From Minisyncoccia bacterium (lineage in GTDB: Bacteria; Patescibacteriota; Minisyncoccia; Phycocordibacterales; UBA918), in the NCBI GenBank assembly GCA_041742075.1, contig JBGSJJ010000004.1:35900-99899 (forward strand): a DNA stretch of 64,000 bases, read 5' to 3'. Below the pieces are notes generated by a model. That model made no database searches and was not told the DNA's origin. It saw only the letters and a list, made by a program, of their open reading frames with translations. Positions 38,848-47,773 of the stretch are shown here, piece after piece. A program made the translations under genes and the position numbers. Positions within the stretch are counted from its first letter, which is position 1. Each line of letters starts with the position of its first letter.

Positions 38848-39064
38848 ATATTTATTTATATTAGTTAATGCGTCGGGTGTCTTGTGTTTATTGACCTTGC
38901 TCCACGTACTGAATCATGAGTAATAGACACACGAATAATTCTTACCATTACAGCCGGGAAATGGAGTTATGTATTACAAAGTAACCAATTTCTGGTGACT
39001 TGACTCGTGTGGCTACTTTTTGTACTGTCTCTAGGAGCTGGTCTAACCTTTTGAAGCAAAGGAG

Positions 39065-39430
39065 GTGAACATGTCTGATGCGATAACTGTTGTTGAAACT
39101 ATTATGCAAGCAACCGGCGACTTCTGTTCACTGCGTATAAAGAGATCCACTGATACGCTTGAGGTACTAACAACCAGCACGTTCACACTGAGTTTTGAAA
39201 TTGACAATACTGGCTTGTATATCCATTACCTCGAAACCTCCACTCGGCTATCTGGGTATGCCCGCACTGTTCTTGATAGTCTGATTGAGCTCGCCAGGAG
39301 TGTATCTCTGCCAATTGTGGCGGTGAATGTACAGCCAGACTACAGTTCTTTTTGGGAACACTTTTCATTTAAACCCTGCTCAGGGAAAATTGGGTATGAT
39401 GTAAACTATATCCTCGAGTTTGAGAAGTAA
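39065..39430 (+). CDS. hypothetical protein
   Basis: 121 aa ORF preceded by AGGAGG-like RBS (AAGGAGGTGAACATG). Confidence 0.45.
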   Translation: MNMSDAITVVETIMQATGDFCSLRIKRSTDTLEVLTTSTFTLSFEIDNTGLYIHYLETSTRLSGYARTVLDSLIELARSVSLPIVAVNVQPDYSSFWEHFSFKPCSGKIGYDVNYILEFEK

Positions 39431-39479
39431 TTTTTCAAGTAGGTACATACTGTGGTGCGCTTCCGGGCGCACCTTTTTC

Positions 39480-39797
39480 TTACGTAGCAGACAGAGTGAT
39501 TGACAGGGCGACCAGGTCAGACGGTGCTTTAAATGCACCTTGCGCACTAATATAGAAAAAGGCGTCGCCAATGACGAACTTGTGGAGTTTGAGGTTAAGG
39601 TTGTTTGCTACTGGCGTTTGCGTAAAATAATCGTCGCTCTCGGTAGTACCGAAAAACCCACCATTGCCATCGCTCGCAAAACTGACGGGCGCACTATGCG
39701 CTCCCGCAAGGTCAAAAGTGTCGAGGGTATAGAAAGCCAAACTCTCCTGCGGAGCAAAAGAGAAAATGAAAATTAAGAGTAGGGTGAGACGAAACAT
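39480..39797 (-). CDS. small hypothetical secreted protein
   Basis: 105 aa; signal peptide MFRLTLLLIFIFSFAPQESLA. Confidence 0.45.
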   Translation of the reverse strand: MFRLTLLLIFIFSFAPQESLAFYTLDTFDLAGAHSAPVSFASDGNGGFFGTTESDDYFTQTPVANNLNLKLHKFVIGDAFFYISAQGAFKAPSDLVALSITLSAT

Positions 39798-39847
39798 TGG
39801 ACGCTACTGTACTACGGATTTGAAGTGTGTCAAGTATTTGGACTCTT

Positions 39848-39963
39848 GGGGAAACGGTCACTCTCGTGGATATTTTAGTTCACTCCACTCCTAAAATATC
39901 TCACTCACTCGACCCCCACTCGTGTCGACCCAGAGGGTCCTCGACACTCGGTTCGATTCCCCG
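39848..39963 (+). repeat. 116-bp direct repeat, copy 1 (ends in tRNA T-arm-like GGTTCGATTCCCCG)
   Basis: Identical in all 116 positions to 41716-41831 by manual alignment. Confidence 0.8.
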
Positions 39964-40137
39964 TGAGTCGCACAACGGCAAACGACGACAACACTATCGT
40001 GTTGTCGTCGGCCGATTGTGGACTATAGGGGAAATTTACCGAACCAATTTAGGGACTATTTGATGAAGTTCTGGGTGACGTATCAGTCCTGCCCTACCCT
40101 GCAACAGATTTTATAAAAGAATAATCAAACCGAATTA

Positions 40138-40821
40138 TTACAAGGTTTTAAGCATCTGTCGCATCATTTCTATCTCCGCTGTCTGTGTCTCCATAATCGC
40201 CTTGGTCAAGTCAGTCATTTCCTTGTGTTCGATGTGTGGTTGTACGCTCTGTGCCATCATTATTGCTCCCATGTGATGCATGATCATGTCTTCCAAAAAT
40301 ACCTTATCCAAAGCAGCTCCACTTAATGCTGATAGGTCGCGCATCATTGGTTTGTAGTCTTTAGGATCAGCTACATATGCTTCACCATACCAGCTCTGGT
40401 ACCAACTTTTCATCATAGCGATTTCTTTCTCTTGAGCCACCACAATATCTTCAGCCAGATTCTTAATTTCAGGCGTCGAACCACCACGTGCGAGCACTTC
40501 CTTTGCAGTATCTACTGCTTCTTGGTGATGTGGAATCATCCCTTCGAGAAACTCACGTTCACTTTTCACCATCATCATTGAGTGATCCATACCTCCCATC
40601 ATGCCCATACTAGAATCAGTGTTACTGGTCGGTGTCGTTGGTTTCCCCATAAGTGACCCGTCAGGCATACGGTGCATCCCAGCTGGAACATCATCTTGGG
40701 AATGCATCCCACCGTTCATGCCCATTGAGTAATCAGTGGATTTGGTATTAAAGCTATATGCAACTGCTCCAATAACAAGTACAGCGAGTCCAATAATGAT
40801 TATGATTGATTGATTTTTCAT
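40138..40821 (-). CDS. DUF305-domain protein (copper-resistance associated), Met/His-rich N-terminal region
   Basis: 227 aa; N-terminal TM; MxxM/MGM repeats; two DUF305 signature blocks (MIPHHQEAVDTA and MIMHHMGAIMMA). Confidence 0.7.
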   Translation of the reverse strand: MKNQSIIIIIGLAVLVIGAVAYSFNTKSTDYSMGMNGGMHSQDDVPAGMHRMPDGSLMGKPTTPTSNTDSSMGMMGGMDHSMMMVKSEREFLEGMIPHHQEAVDTAKEVLARGGSTPEIKNLAEDIVVAQEKEIAMMKSWYQSWYGEAYVADPKDYKPMMRDLSALSGAALDKVFLEDMIMHHMGAIMMAQSVQPHIEHKEMTDLTKAIMETQTAEIEMMRQMLKTL

Positions 40822-40831
40822 ATTTATTTTG

Positions 40832-41377
40832 TTACATGACCATGGTCATACTGTTAAGCATCAAAAGCATCCAAAGACACATACCGATCATGAAGGTTGC
40901 CTCAATGATTGTGACGGTTGAGAGTGGGAGTTTGAAGTATGTGCCAAGACACACACAGTGGAGCGACTCTTTCTTCATGAGTGACTGCAAAGCTCCGAAT
41001 AGACTAGCGCTGTATATAAACAGAGTGATAAGTGTCGCAGGAAAAATCAAGAGCTGGAGAATAAAGAGGATACCGAGGGTAATTTCTAAGAACGGATATA
41101 CCTGAGCGTATACAATGCTTTGCTTAGCCAGTGGATCATATTTAGCAAATCCTTCTGCAAAACCAACTACGTCTGATAGTTTAATAACTCCAAAGAATAC
41201 CAGTACCCAACCCATCAGGTGGGACATATAGTCTGGGTACATATGGAACTGTACGGTATATAAAGAAACGACTGCGGCCACAACGTAGATTAGTGCAATT
41301 GGCCAGTATGACCAGATACTTGCGGGAGTTGCATGATGTATTTTAACCGTACTGTTTGTTGAATGATGATGTTCCAT
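40832..41377 (-). CDS. 4-TM membrane protein (DoxX/MauE-like) with His-rich N-terminus
   Basis: 181 aa; MEHHHSTNSTVKIHH N-terminus; four hydrophobic helices; CVC motif; sandwiched between csoR and the DUF305 gene. Confidence 0.5.
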   Translation of the reverse strand: MEHHHSTNSTVKIHHATPASIWSYWPIALIYVVAAVVSLYTVQFHMYPDYMSHLMGWVLVFFGVIKLSDVVGFAEGFAKYDPLAKQSIVYAQVYPFLEITLGILFILQLLIFPATLITLFIYSASLFGALQSLMKKESLHCVCLGTYFKLPLSTVTIIEATFMIGMCLWMLLMLNSMTMVM

Positions 41378-41379
41378 AT

Positions 41380-41649
41380 TTATTTTCGTTTTAAACGATA
41401 CACTTGTAATATTTCTCCAACAGGTTTCTTTACGTCTCCTGACTTAATTTGATTCACTACACAATGTGAAAGGTGCTCTTCAAGTAGTATGTCTTCAATA
41501 TTTGAAAGAGCTTGCTTTACGGCTGAAGTTTGCGTGATGACGTCAATGCAGTATGCATCTTTCTCAATCATGCCCTGCAGTCCACGTACCTGTCCCTCGA
41601 TTATTTTAAGACGACGGACTAACTTCTTGTGTGATTCTTTCATACACAC
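41380..41649 (-). CDS. csoR: CsoR/RcnR-family metal-sensing transcriptional repressor (copper-sensitive operon repressor-like)
   Basis: 89 aa; RLKIIEGQVRGLQGMIE..YCIDVITQ...H..HC pattern with the C-H-C metal-ligand triad. Confidence 0.75.
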   Translation of the reverse strand: MCMKESHKKLVRRLKIIEGQVRGLQGMIEKDAYCIDVITQTSAVKQALSNIEDILLEEHLSHCVVNQIKSGDVKKPVGEILQVYRLKRK

Positions 41650-41715
41650 AAGTATACCCCCTAGGGGGTATTTTGTACAAGTATTTGCTTCGTGAAATAT
41701 TACCCGTGAACTATA

Positions 41716-41831
41716 GGGGAAACGGTCACTCTCGTGGATATTTTAGTTCACTCCACTCCTAAAATATCTCACTCACTCGACCCCCACTCGTGTCGACCCA
41801 GAGGGTCCTCGACACTCGGTTCGATTCCCCG
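41716..41831 (+). repeat. 116-bp direct repeat, copy 2
   Basis: Identical to 39848-39963. Confidence 0.8.
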
Positions 41832-42062
41832 CTCGTCTCACAAAATACAATCATTGAAACTAACGTTTCAATTTCATTATTTTGTGGACTCACGGGGAAT
41901 GATCCCACGGTCACTAAGTAGAATTGTTCGCTTCACTCCAATTCTTCTAAGTTCCGCTGGACGCGCCTCACTCGCCTGACGGCATCGCTCCGGCGGTTCG
42001 ATTCCCACGAAAGGCGCGCAGGCGCCTTTCTCGTGAGCCCACTCGCTCACTTTGTTCACTCG

Positions 42063-42133
42063 TGGACTCACGGGGAATCGAACCCCGGACTCATCCATGC
42101 CATGGATGCGTATTACCTCTATACTATGAGCCC
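42063..42133 (-). tRNA. tRNA-Ala (anticodon GGC)
   Basis: Minus-strand read GGGCTCATAGTATAGAGGTAATACGCATCCATGGCATGGATGAGTCCGGGGTTCGATTCCCCGTGAGTCCA: 7-bp acceptor with G3:U70, D/anticodon/T arms fold, anticodon loop AT-GGC-AT, discriminator A. Confidence 0.75.
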
Positions 42134-42377
42134 AAAATGGTGTGGGCGTTATTGTACTAGAATTTTTAAATATTGCACCCAGCCAATTGACCTGTGGATA
42201 AAAAATACTAGCATGATTATTTTAAAGGCGTATACTAGTAGAGCCGGGGTCATTCAATCCCTAGCAAAACCAAGCAGGGAGACACGTCCCTGCGCCAGAG
42301 CTCTCGAACTATATTGTGTACTTTTAAAGTACAAACACAATCTAGCTCCAGAGCTCTTTTTATATACGGCTCGTACG

Positions 42378-42422
42378 ATAAAAATAAACCCGAGAAGCTG
42401 TTGCTTCTCGGGTTTATTTTTA
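42378..42422. terminator. bidirectional hairpin terminator
   Basis: AAACCCGAGAAGC-TGTT-GCTTCTCGGGTTT flanked by T/A runs on both strands. Confidence 0.55.
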
Positions 42423-42437
42423 AGGTTGTACCTATGG

Positions 42438-43319
42438 TTAGACCTTTTCAATCTTGGCTTCCGCCTTGAGTCCTTCTAGAATTACGGCAATCTGCTCCTG
42501 CTCTTTTTGGTTTTTGATTTCAGCAATTACCTGGTCTTTAACTTCAGCTAGAGGTGGAATACCGGCTTCTTCACCACCAAGCGAATCATAGAATGCCTGT
42601 ACGTCAGCATCGCTCACTTCGACTGGAGTAATTTTTGTATCGAGGTACGCTTGGATATGGAGGTTATCGGCAATGTTTTTCTTTAGTGTTTCGAGTGTAA
42701 GCTTGTACTGAATGAGTAGTCCATCAAAGGCTTCCTGACCACCATTTTGAGTAATAAGGGTGTCAATTTCTTTTTGTACTACCTCATCGCTCGGTCGGTC
42801 TACTGAAGCACTGGCTGCTTGTCTTAAGAGTTCATTGTTGATAGTAATTTCGTAGGCCTGAGTTTCAATCTGAGCCTTGACGACCATGTCGTTTAAGTCC
42901 ATGCCATTTTGTGCTGCTCCTTGTGAAAGTTGTGTGGCACTTTCTTCAAGCGCCCCTCGACTTATCGCTACTCCATTTACATAAGCAACAGCCTCAGAGG
43001 ATTGCTTATCAGTCAGTTCCCCTGTTTCGGCTTCTAACATCTCAGCTTTATCTGGTCCAAACTGTAGGTAGGCCACCCCCGCTAGAGCCAGTACGACAAT
43101 GGCTATCCCAGCAAAAAAGTAAACTGACCGATTATTGTTGGTTTGGGTGCCAGCAGTAGAGGTAGTCGTTTGAGCTGGTATTTCGTCGGCCATATCGACA
43201 CTCGAAGTGGGAGCCAGGTCGGCAATATCAGCTGTATCAACAGAAGCGGGCTCTACTGGCGGGAGATTTCCCTCAGTGTTTGGTTCGTCTTGTGGATGTA
43301 CGTTTTCTTTCTCGTCCAT
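42438..43319 (-). CDS. membrane-anchored SurA-N-terminal-domain / PpiD-like periplasmic chaperone (no obvious PPIase domain)
   Basis: 293 aa; acidic N-terminus, one TM, then a helical chaperone-like region (VAYVNGVAISRGAL...); assignment by pattern only. Confidence 0.45.
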   Translation of the reverse strand: MDEKENVHPQDEPNTEGNLPPVEPASVDTADIADLAPTSSVDMADEIPAQTTTSTAGTQTNNNRSVYFFAGIAIVVLALAGVAYLQFGPDKAEMLEAETGELTDKQSSEAVAYVNGVAISRGALEESATQLSQGAAQNGMDLNDMVVKAQIETQAYEITINNELLRQAASASVDRPSDEVVQKEIDTLITQNGGQEAFDGLLIQYKLTLETLKKNIADNLHIQAYLDTKITPVEVSDADVQAFYDSLGGEEAGIPPLAEVKDQVIAEIKNQKEQEQIAVILEGLKAEAKIEKV

Positions 43320-43426
43320 ATACTAAATGCATTATTTCGTTACCTCGATAATAAGTATGTACACAGTATCACGTCTGATAATTTTGTCATGGGGGTACTC
43401 ACAGTCGCCCGTCATATGTACGTGCC

Positions 43427-45832
43427 CTACAGAGCAACGTCAGCTATGTCAAGCGTAATCAGGTCACCTTTTTGAATTGTTCCGCCAATAATCTTTTGGG
43501 CTACCGCTTCCTCAATCACGTCTTGAATAACTCGTTGCATCGGCCTTGCACCAAAGACGGGATCATATCCCTTATGAACGAGTGCTACTAAGAGGGCTGG
43601 TGTAATCGTGAGTCGATACCCCTGACTCTCAATCCGTTCGCTTAAGGAACGTAACATAAGTTGCGCCACCGACTGTTGCTGGTTTTCTGATAAGGGTTCA
43701 AAGATAATAGTGTTGTCAAAACGATTTATCAATTCTGGCCTAAAGATGCCCTCATCGATTATCTTGTCGATAATCTCTCTTGAGAGAGTGTTTAAGTCAA
43801 CGCCGGTTTGGAGAGCATCAATAATATGTCTACTTCCCGCATTACTGGTGGCAATAATAATGGTGTTGCGGGCATTGATGCGGTTGCCTTGCCCACTGGT
43901 GAACATACCCTCATCAAGTATTTGGAGAAATACGTCGTGCACGACGCGAGTAGCCTTCTCAAGCTCATCAAGGAGAAGTACCGTGTACGGATGTTCTTGG
44001 AGCAGTGCTGGCAATACCCCACCCTCCTCACTGTTACCGATTAAGTGACCGAGTCGGTCTTCAGTACTGTATTCGGACATATCAAGCCGAATCATTTTTT
44101 CTTCGTCACCAAAGAAAGTATAAGCCAGCGCTTTTGCAGTCTCAGTTTTTCCGACACCGGTTGGTCCAAGGAAAAGGAATGAACCAAGCGGACGTTCACT
44201 GTTTACTATCCCCGCCCGTGCCCGGCGCATGGTGCGGGCAATGGCCGTCAGGGCAGCATTTTGACCGATGACCCGCGCATGAAGGGTTTCTTCTAAGTGG
44301 AGTAAGAGGTCGCGCTCACCTTGGGTAACGGGACCAACCGGCATGCCGGTTTTGGTAGCAATTATGCTGTAGATAGTTTCCGCCGTATACAGCCCGCCTT
44401 CTGGCGTCCGACTGGCAATGTCGGTTAAGAGCATCACTGCCTTGTCTGGCATAACGCCGTCTACCAAATAGCGGTCTGCTCCAATCGCAATCGCTTCAAG
44501 CGCCGGGTAGGTAAAGATACCGTTTTGCTCATTATGAGGCGCAATTGATTCCAGTAGTAAAATGGTGCTCTGTTGACCAGGTTCTTCGATGAGGATTTCA
44601 TCGAAGCGACGGACAAACCCAGGCGACTTAGAGAGGACATTATGAAAGTTTTGTGGTGTATCAAGCGCAATCACATGGAGTTCTGGCATTGATAAGTACT
44701 GATCCAGCAATTCCGGAATATATACCCCAAGCGCCTCAGCTTCTTTAATAAACGTACTGATGTTTTCTATAACAAGCGTAATGTTTCCCGCTCGGGCTGA
44801 TTCATTCATGAGGACAATAAAGGTCCGCTCAAACTCTGACTTGTCACTATGTGTGGAGAATAAAGCATCGGTATCAAGCGCGATAAACACCTGGTCCATT
44901 ACAGACGTAATCGCTTCGCCACGCTTGATGCGATCAGCTAAGGCAATCACGATGTCCATCTTACCGACCCCTTCGGCACCCACTATGAGGGCATTGGCTG
45001 ATTGATTGCGCGCTAAAGCTTCTTCGAGCTGTAGCACAAACGGAAGGGTAAAGTCATAGTTGCGAGTGAGGTTGGCAAAAACAGCGGAACTGTAAATGCT
45101 CTTGGTGTATTTTTGAATATAGTAGGTGTGCCCATAGGTAAGTGAACGACCAAGGCCTTGGGTTTGTGAAAGCATATCTTTGCCCCACCAACGCTCCCTC
45201 CGCTTATGGTTGTGAACTGAAAGTACTACCCAGGACAGCGCACCGAGAAATTGTTCAGGTTGTACTCCACTGGTTGCTAATACTTGCTTGAGACTTGTAT
45301 CATTTTGCAGTAAATAGGTACCGATAGTTATGAGCGTAATTAAGTTTGACCCATCAACCGGTATTTGCTCGGCAGTGATAGGAGTGCGTGGTGCAGTAAG
45401 GTACGCAGATATCTGCTCCGGACGAAGGCCACTTCGAAGGAGCACTAGTTCACCAAGTCTAGAAGTAGCAAACCCTTTGCCGATATCGTCTTGACTGTAG
45501 CTCAGCGCCTCGGCTACCTCATACGTACTGCCCTTTACCGGTCTTTTATCTAGACCAATAATGCTGTTAAGACCAAAGAAGTAAAAATAATTATGGTAGC
45601 TATAAATAAGGAGCTGTTCGATCCAAAGCGCCGTGCTCATGAGAGTAATAGCAATTACATAATTGGCGTAAACACTTTGACCAAGCGCGGTAAGACCAAT
45701 ACTGGCTAGACCGGTTAGAAGGGCGATACTAGCAAAAAGAATCCGCAGGCGGTGCATCCAAGGGCGCGCCAAAATGTTGCCAAGATTGACGGCTGGGCGG
45801 TGGTGTCTAATGGCGTCTTTAAGGCTATACAT
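43427..45832 (-). CDS. Clp/Hsp100-family AAA+ ATPase with N-terminal transmembrane segments and degenerate first nucleotide-binding domain
   Basis: Two hydrophobic helices at the N-terminus; two Clp_N-like repeats (SGLRPEQISAYL, SGVQPEQFLGAL); first nucleotide-binding domain (D1) with Walker A GAEGVGKM and Walker B-like VIEN (degenerate); second nucleotide-binding domain (D2) intact (GPTGVGKTE; LLLDELEKA; sensor/Arg finger), C-terminal small domain. ORF track start 45868 trimmed to ATG 45832 (MYSLKD) to avoid overlap. Confidence 0.75.
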   Translation of the reverse strand: MYSLKDAIRHHRPAVNLGNILARPWMHRLRILFASIALLTGLASIGLTALGQSVYANYVIAITLMSTALWIEQLLIYSYHNYFYFFGLNSIIGLDKRPVKGSTYEVAEALSYSQDDIGKGFATSRLGELVLLRSGLRPEQISAYLTAPRTPITAEQIPVDGSNLITLITIGTYLLQNDTSLKQVLATSGVQPEQFLGALSWVVLSVHNHKRRERWWGKDMLSQTQGLGRSLTYGHTYYIQKYTKSIYSSAVFANLTRNYDFTLPFVLQLEEALARNQSANALIVGAEGVGKMDIVIALADRIKRGEAITSVMDQVFIALDTDALFSTHSDKSEFERTFIVLMNESARAGNITLVIENISTFIKEAEALGVYIPELLDQYLSMPELHVIALDTPQNFHNVLSKSPGFVRRFDEILIEEPGQQSTILLLESIAPHNEQNGIFTYPALEAIAIGADRYLVDGVMPDKAVMLLTDIASRTPEGGLYTAETIYSIIATKTGMPVGPVTQGERDLLLHLEETLHARVIGQNAALTAIARTMRRARAGIVNSERPLGSFLFLGPTGVGKTETAKALAYTFFGDEEKMIRLDMSEYSTEDRLGHLIGNSEEGGVLPALLQEHPYTVLLLDELEKATRVVHDVFLQILDEGMFTSGQGNRINARNTIIIATSNAGSRHIIDALQTGVDLNTLSREIIDKIIDEGIFRPELINRFDNTIIFEPLSENQQQSVAQLMLRSLSERIESQGYRLTITPALLVALVHKGYDPVFGARPMQRVIQDVIEEAVAQKIIGGTIQKGDLITLDIADVAL

Positions 45833-45836
45833 AATA

Positions 45837-46289
45837 TTAGAAGATAAGAAGCAAGATACCCCACACAAAAAGACCCACGATAAGACCCGGTGCAGTAAGC
45901 CAGAAGATATAGATAAACAAAAGTGATACTACCTCAATGAGGAGCGCTAGAAGGCCGATCAAAATAATGATTCCTCGTACGAGTGCACCGAGTAGTCTGG
46001 AGAAGAACCCGATTACAACAACTCCGGCGATAGCTTCAAAGTCGAATTTTCCACCACTGGTTTCAGTCATTCGCTTCCATGGTGCAAAGAGTGAACGAAG
46101 CAAAAGTGGTATGGAGAAGAAATGGACGGTGAACCACAGCATGTTTTTCCAAATATGGAGAATCAGCCAGAGGGCAATCGTGTAATGCCAGACCAAATAG
46201 TGGTTAAGGAAAAGGAGCGAAGTCATATATATAGTATAGCGTGCGGGGCGCGCGCTAAAGGCGCCCCCCTGTGTATCGCTCGCCCACAC
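45837..46289 (-). CDS. hypothetical integral membrane protein
   Basis: 150 aa (true start may be the internal MTSLLF); 3-4 hydrophobic helices. Confidence 0.5.
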   Translation of the reverse strand: MWASDTQGGAFSARPARYTIYMTSLLFLNHYLVWHYTIALWLILHIWKNMLWFTVHFFSIPLLLRSLFAPWKRMTETSGGKFDFEAIAGVVVIGFFSRLLGALVRGIIILIGLLALLIEVVSLLFIYIFWLTAPGLIVGLFVWGILLLIF

Positions 46290-46558
46290 ACTTGCAATCT
46301 CTAGTGACTATGCTTAAATAGCCAAGCCATGAGTTTTGGCCGTAGTCGGCAGGGATGCGTACACCCACCCCACCCCTCGCTTCCTCGCATTCTGTCGACT
46401 ACGAATACCCCCCCTGTGGTGTGATCAAGGAGGGTTTGGGCACACCCATCGCTCAAATCCAGACCCTCCTTGGTTGCACTGTTCCGGTCCGCGTCATTTT
46501 GACCGGACTTTTTCTTTTCTATCGTTGTGTTTATGTTGCCAGCTACTATAATACGGAG

Positions 46559-47356
46559 ATGAAAATTTACTCCTGGAACGTCAATGGTATTCGCGCGGTC
46601 CATAAAAAAGGTGCCTTACAGTCGTTTATAGCCAAACATCAGCCAGATATCCTTTGTTTGCAAGAAACTAAGGCCAATCAGGACCAAATTGAGGTAAATC
46701 TCCCAGAATATGAAGAATATTGGTGTTCCGCCGAGAAAAAGGGTTACTCCGGGACGGCTATTTTTACAAAGATCAGTCCAGAAGACGTATTTTATGGCCT
46801 ACCGTCTCATATTTCAGACAAATACGCCTTGACTGACCAATATGGTGACACGACTACCGAAGGTCGGGTCACAACCCTGGAGTTTGCGGACTTTTACGTG
46901 AGTACCGTGTACACCCCAAATGCCAAAGACGACCTGTCGCGTATCCCAATGCGCCTCGCTTGGGACCCAGCCTTTTTGGAGTACATGTGCGAGTTACAAG
47001 AAAACAAACCCGTCATTTTTTGTGGCGACTTAAACGTCGCCCACCAAGCGATCGACCTCGCCCGGCCCAAAGAGAATGAAGGCAAAAAGGGTTTTACTTC
47101 CGAGGAACGAAAGGGTGTCGACGCCATGCTCGAAGCAGACTTTTTTGATACCTTCAGACACCTCAACCAAGCCGGCGAAAACTACACCTGGTGGTCAGCT
47201 TGGGGTGGCGCCCGCGAACGAAATGTCGGTTGGCGGATAGATTACGTGTTTGCTTCAAGTCCACTTAAGTCGCTTCTAAAGTCAGCGCGCATTCATGCTG
47301 ACGTGATGGGCAGTGACCACTGCCCGGTCTCTATCGACCTAGCCCTTGAGCTGTAA
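46559..47356 (+). CDS. xth: exodeoxyribonuclease III (Xth/ExoA family AP endonuclease)
   Basis: MKIYSWNVNGIRA...LCLQETK..., ...WDP..., ...GDLNVAH..., SDHCPV motifs of the EEP-fold ExoIII family. ORF track upstream extension lacks similarity, and the ATG at 46559 has a GGAG RBS. Confidence 0.85.
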   Translation: MKIYSWNVNGIRAVHKKGALQSFIAKHQPDILCLQETKANQDQIEVNLPEYEEYWCSAEKKGYSGTAIFTKISPEDVFYGLPSHISDKYALTDQYGDTTTEGRVTTLEFADFYVSTVYTPNAKDDLSRIPMRLAWDPAFLEYMCELQENKPVIFCGDLNVAHQAIDLARPKENEGKKGFTSEERKGVDAMLEADFFDTFRHLNQAGENYTWWSAWGGARERNVGWRIDYVFASSPLKSLLKSARIHADVMGSDHCPVSIDLALEL

Positions 47357-47716
47357 ACTCATGCTTTTACAACCACACGAAAGAAAAATTTGTCAAACAG
47401 TGTTTCGTGAATACTCAAAAAAGCCTTATTATAGTTGATATAATCAGGCAATACAAAACGTGTCTTTTATAAAGGACACGTAAAATAAGTTATCAACAGT
47501 TATCCCCAATAATGTCCTTTACACTCAGTTATAAAGGACATACTATACATGAAGGCCCAGAGAGGGCGAGCAGAGGTATCCGAAGTTCTCACCGGAAGCA
47601 CAAGCTTCTACCGAGAGCTTCGGATATTTCCCTTAAAGAGTACCTTCAAAAATTAATGAGTTAATACCTCCAACTCTAAGTTCATAACATCCCACCAAGT
47701 AAAGCAGTTGATTGAT

Positions 47717-47773
47717 GGGTAGTAACAGGGAGACGAATCAGTGGAGACGGATTCGAATCCCGGTGACTACCCA
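47717..47773 (+). other. 57-nt tRNA-like minihelix (perfect 7-bp acceptor stem GGGTAGT/ACTACCC + TTCGAAT T-loop-like motif, no D or anticodon arm)
   Basis: GGGTAGTAACAGGGAGACGAATCAGTGGAGACGGATTCGAATCCCGGTGACTACCCA; too short for a canonical tRNA. Embedded in a 900-bp ORF-free region. Confidence 0.2.

Noticed and set aside
39827-40063. ORF-track entries 39827-40063 (+) and 41734-41979 (+) sharing the peptide ILVHSTPKISHSLDPHSCRPRGSSTLGSIPR
   Set aside because: The shared peptide is simply the translation of the 116-bp direct repeat. Both ORFs lie in non-coding tRNA-like repeat DNA with no RBS, so they are treated as repeat sequence, not genes.
47717-47773. Possible canonical tRNA at 47717-47773
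   Set aside because: It has a perfect acceptor stem and T-loop-like motif but only 42 nt between the acceptor strands, with no D or anticodon arm. It is not a standard tRNA and is reported only as a tRNA-like minihelix.
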